This document shows, one piece after another, positions 47,035 to 55,666 of a stretch of DNA of 64,000 nucleotides. Position 1 is the stretch's first letter; each line of letters starts with the position of its first letter. The stretch is taken from the NCBI GenBank assembly GCA_964604165.1, contig CAZRYF010000016.1:5229-69228 (forward strand), read 5' to 3'. Origin of the DNA: an uncultured Enterobacterales bacterium (GTDB lineage Bacteria; Myxococcota_A; UBA796; CAJQPC01). Below the pieces are notes generated by a model that worked only from the letters and a program-made list of their open reading frames with translations, was not told where the DNA came from and searched no databases. The position numbers were made by a program, and so were the translations under genes.

Positions 47035-48050
47035 AGCGTCCACTGGTGCTGACACCGGGAGACCCGAAGGGCATTGGGCCCGAGGTCGCGGTGGCAGCGC
47101 TCTCCCAGGTGGGGGAGGCGGCGGTGCTCGTGGGAGATGCGGCGGCGATTGAAAAGTGGGCGGGGCCCTTGCCTCGGACCGCCAGCGTGGAAGGGGCCGA
47201 GGGGGTCTGCGTTCTCGAGCCGGTGGAGGCGGGGCCGGTGGAGGTGGAATCCCTGCGTGTTGCCGTGCAGGCTTGCTTGGATGGGCATGCGGGCGCCCTG
47301 GTCACCGGGCCCATCCACAAGGCCAGCCTGGTGGAGCAGGGTTTTGCCCACCGGGGACACACGGAGTTTCTGGGGGAGCTGTGCCGGGTGCCCGATCCGG
47401 TGATGGCCTTTGTGGGGCGGCACCACCGTGCCTCCCTGGTCACCACGCACCTGCCGCTGGCCCAGGTCTCAGTCGGGATTACCCGAGCGCGGGTGCTCCA
47501 GGTGATTCGCGCCTCACACGCCTTTTGTGTGGAGAGGTTGGGCCTGGCTGACCCGCGCATCGCTGTGTGTGGGCTCAACCCTCACGCGGGGGAGGGGGGC
47601 GTGCTGGGCACGGAGGAGCTGCAACACATTGGGCCTGCTTGCGATGAGGCACGAGCGGGCGGGATCCAGGTGGATGGCCCCGTGTCAGCGGAGGCGGCTT
47701 TTCGTTGGAACGCCTCCGGAGGTGTGGACTGGGTGGTGGGCATGTACCATGACCAGGTGCTGGCCCCCTTGAAGCTGGTGGAGTTCGGCTCTCTGGTCAA
47801 CGTGACCCTGGGGCTGCCCATCTGTCGGACCAGCGTGGATCACGGTACGGCGCGGGACATTGCAGGGAAGGGCATTGCGGATACGTCCTCGATGGTGGCA
47901 GCCATCGAGCTGGCCTTGCGTCTGGCTCAGCCTCCCCACATCTCGTCGGGCACCTCGCCCTCGCAGGGCGGATACTCCCCCAGGGATTCCCAGTCCACGA
48001 TGGGGCCCCAGGTGCGGCAGTCCGCTTCGTCGTCTCGATCGGGTTCGTAG
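47031..48050 (+). CDS. pdxA: 4-hydroxythreonine-4-phosphate dehydrogenase
   Basis: 'LTPGDPKGIGPEV', 'GLNPHAGEGG', 'MYHDQVLAPLK' and 'RTSVDHGTA' are PdxA signatures. ATGA overlap with the upstream gene. The last ~40 aa are a low-complexity tail antisense to the next gene. Confidence 0.85.
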   Translation: MKRPLVLTPGDPKGIGPEVAVAALSQVGEAAVLVGDAAAIEKWAGPLPRTASVEGAEGVCVLEPVEAGPVEVESLRVAVQACLDGHAGALVTGPIHKASLVEQGFAHRGHTEFLGELCRVPDPVMAFVGRHHRASLVTTHLPLAQVSVGITRARVLQVIRASHAFCVERLGLADPRIAVCGLNPHAGEGGVLGTEELQHIGPACDEARAGGIQVDGPVSAEAAFRWNASGGVDWVVGMYHDQVLAPLKLVEFGSLVNVTLGLPICRTSVDHGTARDIAGKGIADTSSMVAAIELALRLAQPPHISSGTSPSQGGYSPRDSQSTMGPQVRQSASSSRSGS

Positions 48051-48526
48051 ACCGAGAGACGAAAGGACAGTCCTTCCGCATGGGTGTTGTCGCAGAGCAT
48101 GGCGGTGGACTGGCCCCGGGCCACATTGCTGGGATCCGCGACGATGGACAGGCTGACCCGAAGGGAGTCCCAGCCCCCATCTACTGCGGACTCAATGGAC
48201 TCCAGGGGGTGCTCCTCCGGTGCTGCGTCGGCGAGATGCAGCGCCAGCAGCCCTCCCCCCGTCCATCCGGTTGTCTGGACTCGCACTTCCCGGGTGTCAA
48301 AGGTGGCGGAGCATTCGCTCCAAAGGGTCACGATGGCTGTGTCCACAGGGGCGGAGGAGTCCTGGCCGGGGTCGGTGGGCACGAAGGCGCAGCCTGTCCA
48401 TGCGGTGGAGAGGGCCAGAGGCAAGAAGCCCCTGCCCGCAACTGGTGCGAGCAGGGGCTTCAAGATCGTGGGTGGCCGTGTGCCGGGCGGGCACAGGGGC
48501 CCGCCCCTACTGCCAGACGTTGTCAC
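47927..48526 (-). CDS. Hypothetical lipoprotein (paralog of next gene)
   Basis: 'LPLALSTAWTGC' is a signal/lipobox-like segment. It shares 'T.GW..GG.L', 'GWDSL.vSLsIV.D' and 'C.TWG...PC' blocks with the upstream-encoded protein. The start is uncertain. Confidence 0.5.
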   Translation of the reverse strand: MTTSGSRGGPLCPPGTRPPTILKPLLAPVAGRGFLPLALSTAWTGCAFVPTDPGQDSSAPVDTAIVTLWSECSATFDTREVRVQTTGWTGGGLLALHLADAAPEEHPLESIESAVDGGWDSLRVSLSIVADPSNVARGQSTAMLCDNTHAEGLSFRLSVYEPDRDDEADCRTWGPIVDWESLGEYPPCEGEVPDEMWGG

Positions 48527-49199
48527 AGGGCGTTCCGCCCTCTACCGTCTCGAAGTCCCCACCGGTTCCGAAGAACGCGGGGTCCTCGCCCCAGGTGGTG
48601 CAGACCGAGCTGGTGCCGGCGCTGTCATTCACCTTGAGCAGGTAGGACAAGGTGTCCAGGCGGGCCTGGTCACATTGGAACAAGGTGGTGCCCACCTCTC
48701 CTGTGGTGGTGTTGTTCAACACCACGCTGCCGACGTCGGTAACGATGGGCAGGGACAGGTAGAGGGAGTCCCACCAGCCGTTCTCGTCGAAGCCCTGGCT
48801 GGACGCTGGGACATCGTGGTAGTCCTCCTTCCAACCATTGGTGGCACCGGTCTGGAAGACAGACAGCTCGCCGCCGCTGCTCCAACCGATGGTGTAGAAC
48901 AGGAACCAGTAGCTGTTGGTCGCGGGATCGCATCCGTAGTTCAGCGCTTCGTGGGCGTCGCCAGCGTCCGTGGTCGGATAGCTCGGGTTCGCCGAGTCTA
49001 CGCCGATGGACATGGCGCCGGTGTACTGCTCTACACCGGAATCATCGGTGTCTTCGGAGCAGTCGGTAGAGGTGTCGGCGGTATCGCAGGCATCCCCCGT
49101 GTCACAGGCAGCGGTGTCGGCGCTGTCGCAATTGGGCTTGACCGGCGGACAGGCCACCAAGAGAGTGAAGCATGCAGCCACACCAAGAATTCGGGTCAT
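48507..49199 (-). CDS. Hypothetical lipoprotein with Cys/Asp/Thr-rich linker
   Basis: ATG at 49199 gives 'MTRILGVAACFTLLVAC' (lipobox). Linker 'CDSADTAACDTGDACDTADTSTDCSEDTDD'. The globular domain is paralogous to the 47927-48526 protein. Confidence 0.55.
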   Translation of the reverse strand: MTRILGVAACFTLLVACPPVKPNCDSADTAACDTGDACDTADTSTDCSEDTDDSGVEQYTGAMSIGVDSANPSYPTTDAGDAHEALNYGCDPATNSYWFLFYTIGWSSGGELSVFQTGATNGWKEDYHDVPASSQGFDENGWWDSLYLSLPIVTDVGSVVLNNTTTGEVGTTLFQCDQARLDTLSYLLKVNDSAGTSSVCTTWGEDPAFFGTGGDFETVEGGTPCDNVWQ

Positions 49200-49277
49200 T
49201 TGTGTCTCCTCATCGCGCGTCATTGTTCGCGCGAGCACGCAGCGTATCCACACAGTTGGCGGCCCGCAATGGGGGAT

Positions 49278-51017
49278 TCACCCTTTGCGCCTGGGGTGGT
49301 CACCGTTCTGCTTGATCTGTTCCCGAAAGAGGGAGCGTTGGATTGCATCCAGAAGGGCCTCCAACCCGGTGCCTGCCACAGCACTGCAGAGGAGGCCGCC
49401 ATGCTCAGCGCGGATTTCGGCTTGAGCCTCCTTGGGAAGTCGGTCCTGCTTGTTCAGCACCAGCATGCGGGGAGTCTCGTCGACCCCGAGCTCCTGCAGC
49501 ACGGTGTCCACAGCTTGGATTTGTTGGTGGCGGGTCTTGGAGGCTCCATCCACCACGTGGAGAATCAGGTCTGCTTCCCGGACCTCGTCCAGGGTGGAGC
49601 GGAAGGCATGGATCAGCTCCTTGGGCAGGGCACGGATGAACCCCACGGTGTCCGTGAGAATCACCTCTCGCTCCTTGGGTACCCGCATGCGCCGGGAGGT
49701 GGGATCCAGGGTGGCGAAGAGCTTGTCTTCAGCATCCACCTTGGAGCGCGTCATGCGATTCAGTAAGGTGCTTTTTCCGGCGTTGGTGTAGCCCACAAGC
49801 GCCACCACCGGCAGCCCGACCCGCTTTCGCCGGGCACGTCGCATGGCCCGGTCCCGGCCGATCTTCTTCAGTTGGGTCTCGATGCGTTTCTCTCGCTCGT
49901 CTGCACGGCGCCGGTTGATCTCCAGGCGGGTCTCTCCAGGCCCCCGGCCTCCGATGCCACCGGTGAGGCGGCTCATGGCGGTGGGCATGGCTGCGAGACG
50001 GGGTCGTCGGTAGCGAAGCTGTGCGAGTTCGACTTGCAGCTTTCCCTCACGGGTGGTGGCCCGCTGGGCAAAGATGTCGAGAATCAGCTGGGTTCGGTCC
50101 AGCACTTTCATTTCTGTCGCTGTGGCGATGTTGCGAAGCTGAGCAGGGGACAGCTCTCCATCAAACACCAGCACATCGGCCCCCAGATGCATGGAGCGCA
50201 AGAGGGCTTCTTCCAGCTTTCCCTTGCCCAGAAAGGTGCGGCTGTCCGGGCGGCGCCGGGACTGGATCAGGGTGTCCAGGGTGGTGAGGCCAGCCGTATG
50301 GGCCAGGCGCTTCAGCTCTGCGACGGACTCCAGCGCTTCGGACTTGCTGCCTGTGGCCATGCCGAGAAGAATGGCCTTCTCCCGGCTGTCGGTGGCCTGT
50401 GCTTTCTGGGCCCGGGCGAATTGCGCCTCCAGGTCCCGGATGAAGCTGTCGAAGTCCTCGTCCCAGCCGTGCACGGAGCCGTGGCGCTCGATTCGCCACA
50501 TCTCCTCCTCCTCCCCATCCGGAGGCAGGAGGTGCGCCATTTCGACGGCTCCGGGAAGCCCATCCACCCCCGCCTGGATCACCACAACCGCGTCGAGTTG
50601 CAGCAGGGCCAGGTCGGTGAGGTTGTCTTTGGTGACCCCCTCCCCCCTCAGGTGCGTGACCACAAGGCGCAAGCCCCGGAAACGGCTGCTGCCAGCGCGG
50701 GCTCGCCCCAGGTCCGGAATGAAGATGCGGTGCGCATCCCCCACGATGACCTTTTCGATCCGTCCGGCGCGGTCCACAAGCAGGCCGAGCTGGCGGGAGG
50801 TGGTTCGCGAGAGCTCCGTCAGCCGTCGGGCCAGCTCCGGGTGGAGGAAGTCGCCCCGCGGCACCTGTCGCTTGTAGAGCGCGAGGAGGGGCCGGGTCTG
50901 GGAAGCCTTCAGGCCCTGTGTATTTCCGTGGAGATCAGGAATCGGTCTGCTCGGGCGCCTCCTGGGTGGGGGGAGAAGGCGGCGGGACAGCTTGACTTGC
51001 CGCGGGGGTGGGTGCAA
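49278..51017 (-). CDS. hflX: GTPase HflX with ~200-aa N-terminal extension
   Basis: 'LILDIFAQRATTREGKLQVELAQLRY', G1 'GYTNAGKSTLLNR', G3 'DTVGF', G4 'NKQD'. The only ATG start (51017) overlaps the upstream flotillin gene by 83 nt, so the start is uncertain. Confidence 0.85.
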   Translation of the reverse strand: MHPPPRQVKLSRRLLPPPRRRPSRPIPDLHGNTQGLKASQTRPLLALYKRQVPRGDFLHPELARRLTELSRTTSRQLGLLVDRAGRIEKVIVGDAHRIFIPDLGRARAGSSRFRGLRLVVTHLRGEGVTKDNLTDLALLQLDAVVVIQAGVDGLPGAVEMAHLLPPDGEEEEMWRIERHGSVHGWDEDFDSFIRDLEAQFARAQKAQATDSREKAILLGMATGSKSEALESVAELKRLAHTAGLTTLDTLIQSRRRPDSRTFLGKGKLEEALLRSMHLGADVLVFDGELSPAQLRNIATATEMKVLDRTQLILDIFAQRATTREGKLQVELAQLRYRRPRLAAMPTAMSRLTGGIGGRGPGETRLEINRRRADEREKRIETQLKKIGRDRAMRRARRKRVGLPVVALVGYTNAGKSTLLNRMTRSKVDAEDKLFATLDPTSRRMRVPKEREVILTDTVGFIRALPKELIHAFRSTLDEVREADLILHVVDGASKTRHQQIQAVDTVLQELGVDETPRMLVLNKQDRLPKEAQAEIRAEHGGLLCSAVAGTGLEALLDAIQRSLFREQIKQNGDHPRRKG

Positions 51018-52230
51018 CCCGGTTTACAAGGGCTGGGATGTCTACACCGATGCCAGCTTTGAGTTCCTCCACGAATTTGACCGAGCTTGCGGCGGTGCCG
51101 TCGTGGCCGGGGAGGATGGTCAGCTTGTCTACGTGGATGCCGCTGATGGTGTCCACCAGGGAGGACATCACGTTTTGCAGTTTCTGCATCAGGAAGATGT
51201 CTCGGGCGCTGTCCCCGCCGTCTTGCCAGGTTCGAATCATCTCCTCCAGCACGAGGACGGTGGCCTTGCCGTCCTCCAGGATTTTGGCGGCCTCCCCCTT
51301 CGCTTCGGATTGCCTGGCTTCCATTTGGGCCTTGGCCGGCTCCAGGACGTCGGCAGCCAGCCGAAGGCGCACCTGCTCGATTCGGGCCCGTTGGACCTTC
51401 AGTTCTGCATGGGCGCGGGCCACGGCAGCGTGGACCTCTCCTACTTCCTCGGCCACCAGGGCCTCCCCTCGGGAGTTTGCATCCGCGATTCGCTTTGCGG
51501 TCTCGGCCCGGGTGATTTCAATCTGTGCCTGTGCCTCGATGACCCGGGCCTCCTTTCGGTTGGTGGCATCCTCGATCACGGACTCGGCGTTGTTGGTGGC
51601 CTCGGCGGTGCGGGCTCGGCACTGGATTTCCGCGGTCTGGCGACGGCCGATGGAGTCCAGGTACCCGACCGCATCGGAGACGTTCTGAATCTTCAACTGG
51701 TCCAGGGTGAGCCCCAGTTTGGCCAGGTCGATCTCCGCCTCGTCCAGGAGCTTCTCCCCAAAGGCCAGCTTGTCATCGTTGACTTCTTCCGGGGTCAGCA
51801 GCGCAAGCACGCCGCGCAGGTTGCCTTCCAGGGTGTCCTTGGCGATTCGGATGATCTCGGAGCGTCGCCGGTCCTGAAATCGGACCAGGGCGTTGTGCAA
51901 AAGGGGCTGGTGCCCGGCCACCTTCAGGTTGGCCACGCCCTGCACCGTCAGGGGAATGCCGCCGCGGGAGTAGGCCTCGGTGACCACGACCTCTACGGTC
52001 ATGTTGGTCAGGTCCATGCGGGAGACCCGCTCTACAAGTGGCTTGCGAATGGACATGCCCCCTTTGACGATGCGGTATCCCACCCGTCGGTTATCCACGA
52101 CCGAGTGGCCGCCGCTGAACACCAGGACCTCGTTGGGGCCGCAGATGTAGAGCAGGTTCTTGATGGTGAGCCAGAAGGCCAACGTGAAGAGAATAGCGAT
52201 GCCCAACAAGGCGATTGCAGAGGCGATCAT
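50935..52230 (-). CDS. Flotillin-family SPFH (band 7) protein
   Basis: N-terminal TM helix, SPFH core 'VGYRIVKGGMSIRKPLVERVSRMDLTNMTVEV...GIPLTVQGVANLKV', and a long Ala/Glu/Gln coiled-coil 'flotillin' region. Confidence 0.85.
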   Translation of the reverse strand: MIASAIALLGIAILFTLAFWLTIKNLLYICGPNEVLVFSGGHSVVDNRRVGYRIVKGGMSIRKPLVERVSRMDLTNMTVEVVVTEAYSRGGIPLTVQGVANLKVAGHQPLLHNALVRFQDRRRSEIIRIAKDTLEGNLRGVLALLTPEEVNDDKLAFGEKLLDEAEIDLAKLGLTLDQLKIQNVSDAVGYLDSIGRRQTAEIQCRARTAEATNNAESVIEDATNRKEARVIEAQAQIEITRAETAKRIADANSRGEALVAEEVGEVHAAVARAHAELKVQRARIEQVRLRLAADVLEPAKAQMEARQSEAKGEAAKILEDGKATVLVLEEMIRTWQDGGDSARDIFLMQKLQNVMSSLVDTISGIHVDKLTILPGHDGTAASSVKFVEELKAGIGVDIPALVNRVAPTPAASQAVPPPSPPTQEAPEQTDS

Positions 52231-53519
52231 GACCGCACCTCCTTGCGGGGCGCGAGGATTTCAAGCACGTTCACGCCGGTGGTGTCCGCCAGCTCCTGGA
52301 GGACCTGTTGGACCATGGCCGGGAAGCCCGCGGTGTACCGGGCAAGGGAGGCACCGTCTCCGTCGTCCAGGAGGTTGACCTCTCCAATCTCCACCGAGTT
52401 CACCCGGTCGATCACCGTCTGGAGCACGGGCTCCAGGTTCTGGATCAGGAAGATGTCCCGGGCGTCCTCCCCGGCTGTCTGCCAGGCCTCGGTCATGAGG
52501 GCGAGCACGTGGGCCATGGCGTTGCCGCTCTCCTCGATGTCGGCGGCCGCCCCCCGGGCCCGAAAGGCCTCGGCGGTCTGGTCGGCCTGCGCGGGCAAAA
52601 CCACGTCGGCCATGAGGCGGGCTTCTTCCACCTGGCGACGAAGCTCCTGGAGCTCTTGCTCCGCCTCTGCTCGGGCCTGGAGGGCGGCCTGTTCGGTGGT
52701 CTCTTCCACTGCCCTCGCCTGGGCCTCCAGCTCCGCCTGGACCTTTCGAAGCTCGTTCTGTTTCTGAAGGACTGTGGCTTCCGCCTGCTGGGTGGCCACC
52801 TCCCCCTGTTGTTTCGACTGGGCTTCGGCCTGCTCAGCCTGGGACTTGGCCCTGGATTCGGCCACCTCGGCGGTTTTGATGACCTTGGCGATTTGCTCCC
52901 TGCCGATGGAGGACAGGTAGTTCACGTCATCTGAGACGCTTTGGACCTTGAGGGTGTCCAGCTGAAGCCCCAGCTTGGAGAAGTCATCCCCGGCTTCGGT
53001 CATGAGCGCCTTGGAGAACTTCAGGCGATCCTCATTCACCTCCTCTGGGGTCAAGGTGGCCAGCACGCCGCGCAGGTGACCCTCCAGGGTTTCCTTGCTG
53101 ACCCGGCGAATCTCCTCAACGTCTCGCCCGAGAAACCTCTCGATGGCGTTGTTCACGATCTGCGGAGAGTCGGACACCTTGACGTTGGCAATGGCGTGGA
53201 CCTGCAGGGGAATGCCCCCCTTGGAGTAGGCATTGCTGGTCTGGATCTCGATGGGGAGAATACGAAGGTCCATCCGATCCACCCGCTCGAAAAAGGGGGT
53301 GCGCCAGCGTCGACCGCCGTAGATCACCCGGTAGCCCACCGCGGTGCCGTCGGTGAGTTGGCGACGGCGACCCGAGAAGATCAGCACTTCGCTCGGGTCG
53401 CAGATGAACAGAAAGGAGCGGGCGAGCACCACCAGGACGAGCAGCAGGAAAATCCCGGCAAAGGCACCCTGTGCCAAGGCCATGAGCGCCATGAAGTCGA
53501 GCAAAAGCGGGGTTGTCAT
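52227..53519 (-). CDS. Flotillin-family SPFH (band 7) protein (paralog)
   Basis: Same architecture as its neighbour ('VGYRVIYGGRRWRTPFFERVDRMDLRILPIEI...GIPLQVHAIANVKV' plus an EA-rich coiled coil). ATGA overlap with the downstream paralog. Confidence 0.85.
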   Translation of the reverse strand: MTTPLLLDFMALMALAQGAFAGIFLLLVLVVLARSFLFICDPSEVLIFSGRRRQLTDGTAVGYRVIYGGRRWRTPFFERVDRMDLRILPIEIQTSNAYSKGGIPLQVHAIANVKVSDSPQIVNNAIERFLGRDVEEIRRVSKETLEGHLRGVLATLTPEEVNEDRLKFSKALMTEAGDDFSKLGLQLDTLKVQSVSDDVNYLSSIGREQIAKVIKTAEVAESRAKSQAEQAEAQSKQQGEVATQQAEATVLQKQNELRKVQAELEAQARAVEETTEQAALQARAEAEQELQELRRQVEEARLMADVVLPAQADQTAEAFRARGAAADIEESGNAMAHVLALMTEAWQTAGEDARDIFLIQNLEPVLQTVIDRVNSVEIGEVNLLDDGDGASLARYTAGFPAMVQQVLQELADTTGVNVLEILAPRKEVRS

Positions 53520-53528
53520 TGCGGCCTC

Positions 53529-54134
53529 CTAGTGGCCTGGGGAGATGGACTCGACGGTGGCGATTCCGTCCCGCGCGGCGATGACCAAGACGCGTTCGCC
53601 GGGGGAGATTGTGCGGTGCTCTGGTGTGACGGCGGGGAGGTCCAGAATCTGGCCGTGGGCCTGAACGCGTATCTTCCCTGTGCGATCCGGCCCCAGGGCC
53701 AAGAGGACCGTGGCCTCCAGACCTGCGAGCTTGCTGGCGTGGGAGGTGGAGTCCACGGAGGAGTTTTGAAGCTTGCGAAAGCCCCAGGCCGCGGCGTAGC
53801 CCAGCACGACTCCCAGGCTTCCTGCAGCAGGAAGGTGAATCAGCAGCGGCTGGCCAAGAGAGTGGAGGACGGCGCCGGTTACGCCAAAGGAGCCCAGGCC
53901 GTAGGTCCAGAAGCGCATGGAGAGAAAGGGCAGGAGCATGCCTGAGGAGACACTCCCCACGGCGTTGTCGCCCACGACCAGTTCATGGCCTCCTGCGTCC
54001 ACATCGACATCGACATCGACATCGACATCGACATCGACATCGTGCTCCGCATCAAAGTCATCCCCCCCCAACACCACCGAGGCGGCAATCAGGGCGAGTC
54101 CAAATCCGGCGCTGGCCAGGTAGATCGTCAGCAT
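53529..54134 (-). CDS. NfeD-like membrane protein with (DV)7 insertion
   Basis: N-terminal TM helices and a C-terminal OB-fold-like 'GKIRVQAHGQILDLPAVTPEHRTISPGERVLVIAARDG', as in short NfeD proteins. Lies 9 nt upstream of an SPFH gene, the classical NfeD-SPFH pairing. Confidence 0.7.
   Translation of the reverse strand: MLTIYLASAGFGLALIAASVVLGGDDFDAEHDVDVDVDVDVDVDVDAGGHELVVGDNAVGSVSSGMLLPFLSMRFWTYGLGSFGVTGAVLHSLGQPLLIHLPAAGSLGVVLGYAAAWGFRKLQNSSVDSTSHASKLAGLEATVLLALGPDRTGKIRVQAHGQILDLPAVTPEHRTISPGERVLVIAARDGIATVESISPGH
54001..54042 (-). repeat. (ACATCG)7 hexanucleotide microsatellite (encodes (DV)7)
   Basis: Seven perfect units, in frame in the NfeD-like gene between its first and second hydrophobic segments. 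Confidence 0.95.
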
Positions 54135-54188
54135 AGGGGGGGTGCCAAGCGTGATTCTGGCACAGGCGGTGGGCCAACGGGGGCGAGG

Positions 54189-54548
54189 CTACCGGCTGGC
54201 TGCGATGGCGATCCAGCTCCAGGCGGCGATGAAGCACAGGCCGCCTAAGGGTGTGATGGCGCCAAGGGCCCGTTGTCCCGTCAGGACCAGGGCGTAGAGG
54301 GACCCGGAAAAGAGCGCAATACCGGCCAGAAAGAGCCAGCCCGCCGCGCGGGGAGGTTGGGCGGTGGCGTGAAGGGACCACGCCCCCAGGGCAAACAAGG
54401 CCAGGGCGTGGATCAAGTGGTAGAAGGCGCCGGTTCGCCACACCACAAGCATCTCAGGAGGAACGCGCTCCTTCAAGCCATGGGCGCCAAACGCCCCTGC
54501 TGCTACCCCCACAGCAGCGAGAGCCGCACCGATTCGAATCCAGAGCAT
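54189..54548 (-). CDS. DUF423 (YgdD-like) small membrane protein
   Basis: ATG at 54548 gives 119 aa with four TM helices and 'GAFGAHGL...AFYHLIHALAL...FSGSLY', typical of DUF423. Confidence 0.7.
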   Translation of the reverse strand: MLWIRIGAALAAVGVAAGAFGAHGLKERVPPEMLVVWRTGAFYHLIHALALFALGAWSLHATAQPPRAAGWLFLAGIALFSGSLYALVLTGQRALGAITPLGGLCFIAAWSWIAIAASR

Positions 54549-54585
54549 GGTGTCTACCTCCGCGGCCGGTCTATCATCCCCGGGC

Positions 54586-55632
54586 ATGATTCTCTTCCTC
54601 TTGGCTTGCTTGGGTGCGCCGGATCCTCCGCTTCCGCTGCCGCCGGGGGCCTGGAACTTGGAGGGGGAGGGGGTGGTGGGGGAGCTCACCGTGGAAGACG
54701 GTGGGTGTCGTCTGGGGCTCTGGGGACCCACGTTTCGGGCGGGGGTGGGGGAGTCGGTGCCTTGCGGGCTGGAAGAGGATCCTGGTGGGGTTTGGGTGCA
54801 CTTTCCCCTGGAGATGGGGGCGGGGGCCGGGTTGGCGGTGATGCAGCTGTCGGAGGAGGGAGCGCGGCTTCCCCTGGGAGAGCGGGAAGGGGAATGGGAG
54901 TTCCTGTTGAACAAGCGTCCTGGGCGCCTGACGGAGAAACAGCGCATCCTGGCCATGGCACGCAGCGCGGCAGGTCTGGAAAGAGAGGCGGCCGCCTGGG
55001 AGGGTGGAACCTTTCGCCTGGAGGAAGCTGGTCACCTGGTGGGGCAGCTTCAGCTTGCAGCAGAACCCATGCCACTTATCGAGGTCTTTGATGCGTTCTG
55101 GGCCACAAAGGGCCTCGTGGTGGCAGAAGTGCGGGACGAAGGCCCCGACTTGTTGTTGGAGTTTGACGTGTCCCCTTCTTTTCAGGGGGAGGGCGGGGTG
55201 CTTCGGGTGAACCGTCCGGTTCGGGAGGCCCGGATTCCCTTGGCTGAAGAGGTTCATCCGGCGGACCGGGTTCTCTCTCTCGTTCCGGGCGGGGTGACGG
55301 ACGAGGAGCGGCGGGTCGCCTTGGCCGGCGGCCTGGAAGCTGCGGGCAAGAAGGAGCTGGAGGTCATGCTGCCCCTGGCCACCCAGCTGCTTGAGGCAGC
55401 GAGCTCAATGGGTTGTAAATGGGATGCGCCCTTGCGTCAGCAGGTCGACCTGCTGCTGGTGGGGTACGCGGTGCGGCTTGTCCCGGCCGAAGGCGCTTGC
55501 GGTCTGACCTTGGAGCCCAGCCCCGTACAGCATGGCCGGCGCCTCGCAGCGACCTTGAATTCGGGTGCTCCACCCCGGTGGGTTCTCCGAGCGCTTTCTC
55601 ACGGGATGGAAGAAACACCCTCAAGCCCCTGA
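54586..55632 (+). CDS. Hypothetical lipoprotein
   Basis: ATG at 54586 gives 'MILFLLACLGAPD' (lipobox LLAC). High GC3. Ends 34 nt before the GT2-TPR-sulfotransferase gene. Confidence 0.5.
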   Translation: MILFLLACLGAPDPPLPLPPGAWNLEGEGVVGELTVEDGGCRLGLWGPTFRAGVGESVPCGLEEDPGGVWVHFPLEMGAGAGLAVMQLSEEGARLPLGEREGEWEFLLNKRPGRLTEKQRILAMARSAAGLEREAAAWEGGTFRLEEAGHLVGQLQLAAEPMPLIEVFDAFWATKGLVVAEVRDEGPDLLLEFDVSPSFQGEGGVLRVNRPVREARIPLAEEVHPADRVLSLVPGGVTDEERRVALAGGLEAAGKKELEVMLPLATQLLEAASSMGCKWDAPLRQQVDLLLVGYAVRLVPAEGACGLTLEPSPVQHGRRLAATLNSGAPPRWVLRALSHGMEETPSSP

Positions 55633-55666
55633 GACGCCGACCGACGTGGGGTTCGGAGGTGCTTCC

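Noticed and set aside
50992-52767. A 591-aa plus-strand ORF opposite the two flotillin genes. Similar cases are 48084-49766 (+), 40239-41912 (-) and 19609-21063 (+).
   Set aside because: All are antisense to genes with strong family signatures (flotillin, HflX, radical SAM, Lnt). None shows domain-like sequence.
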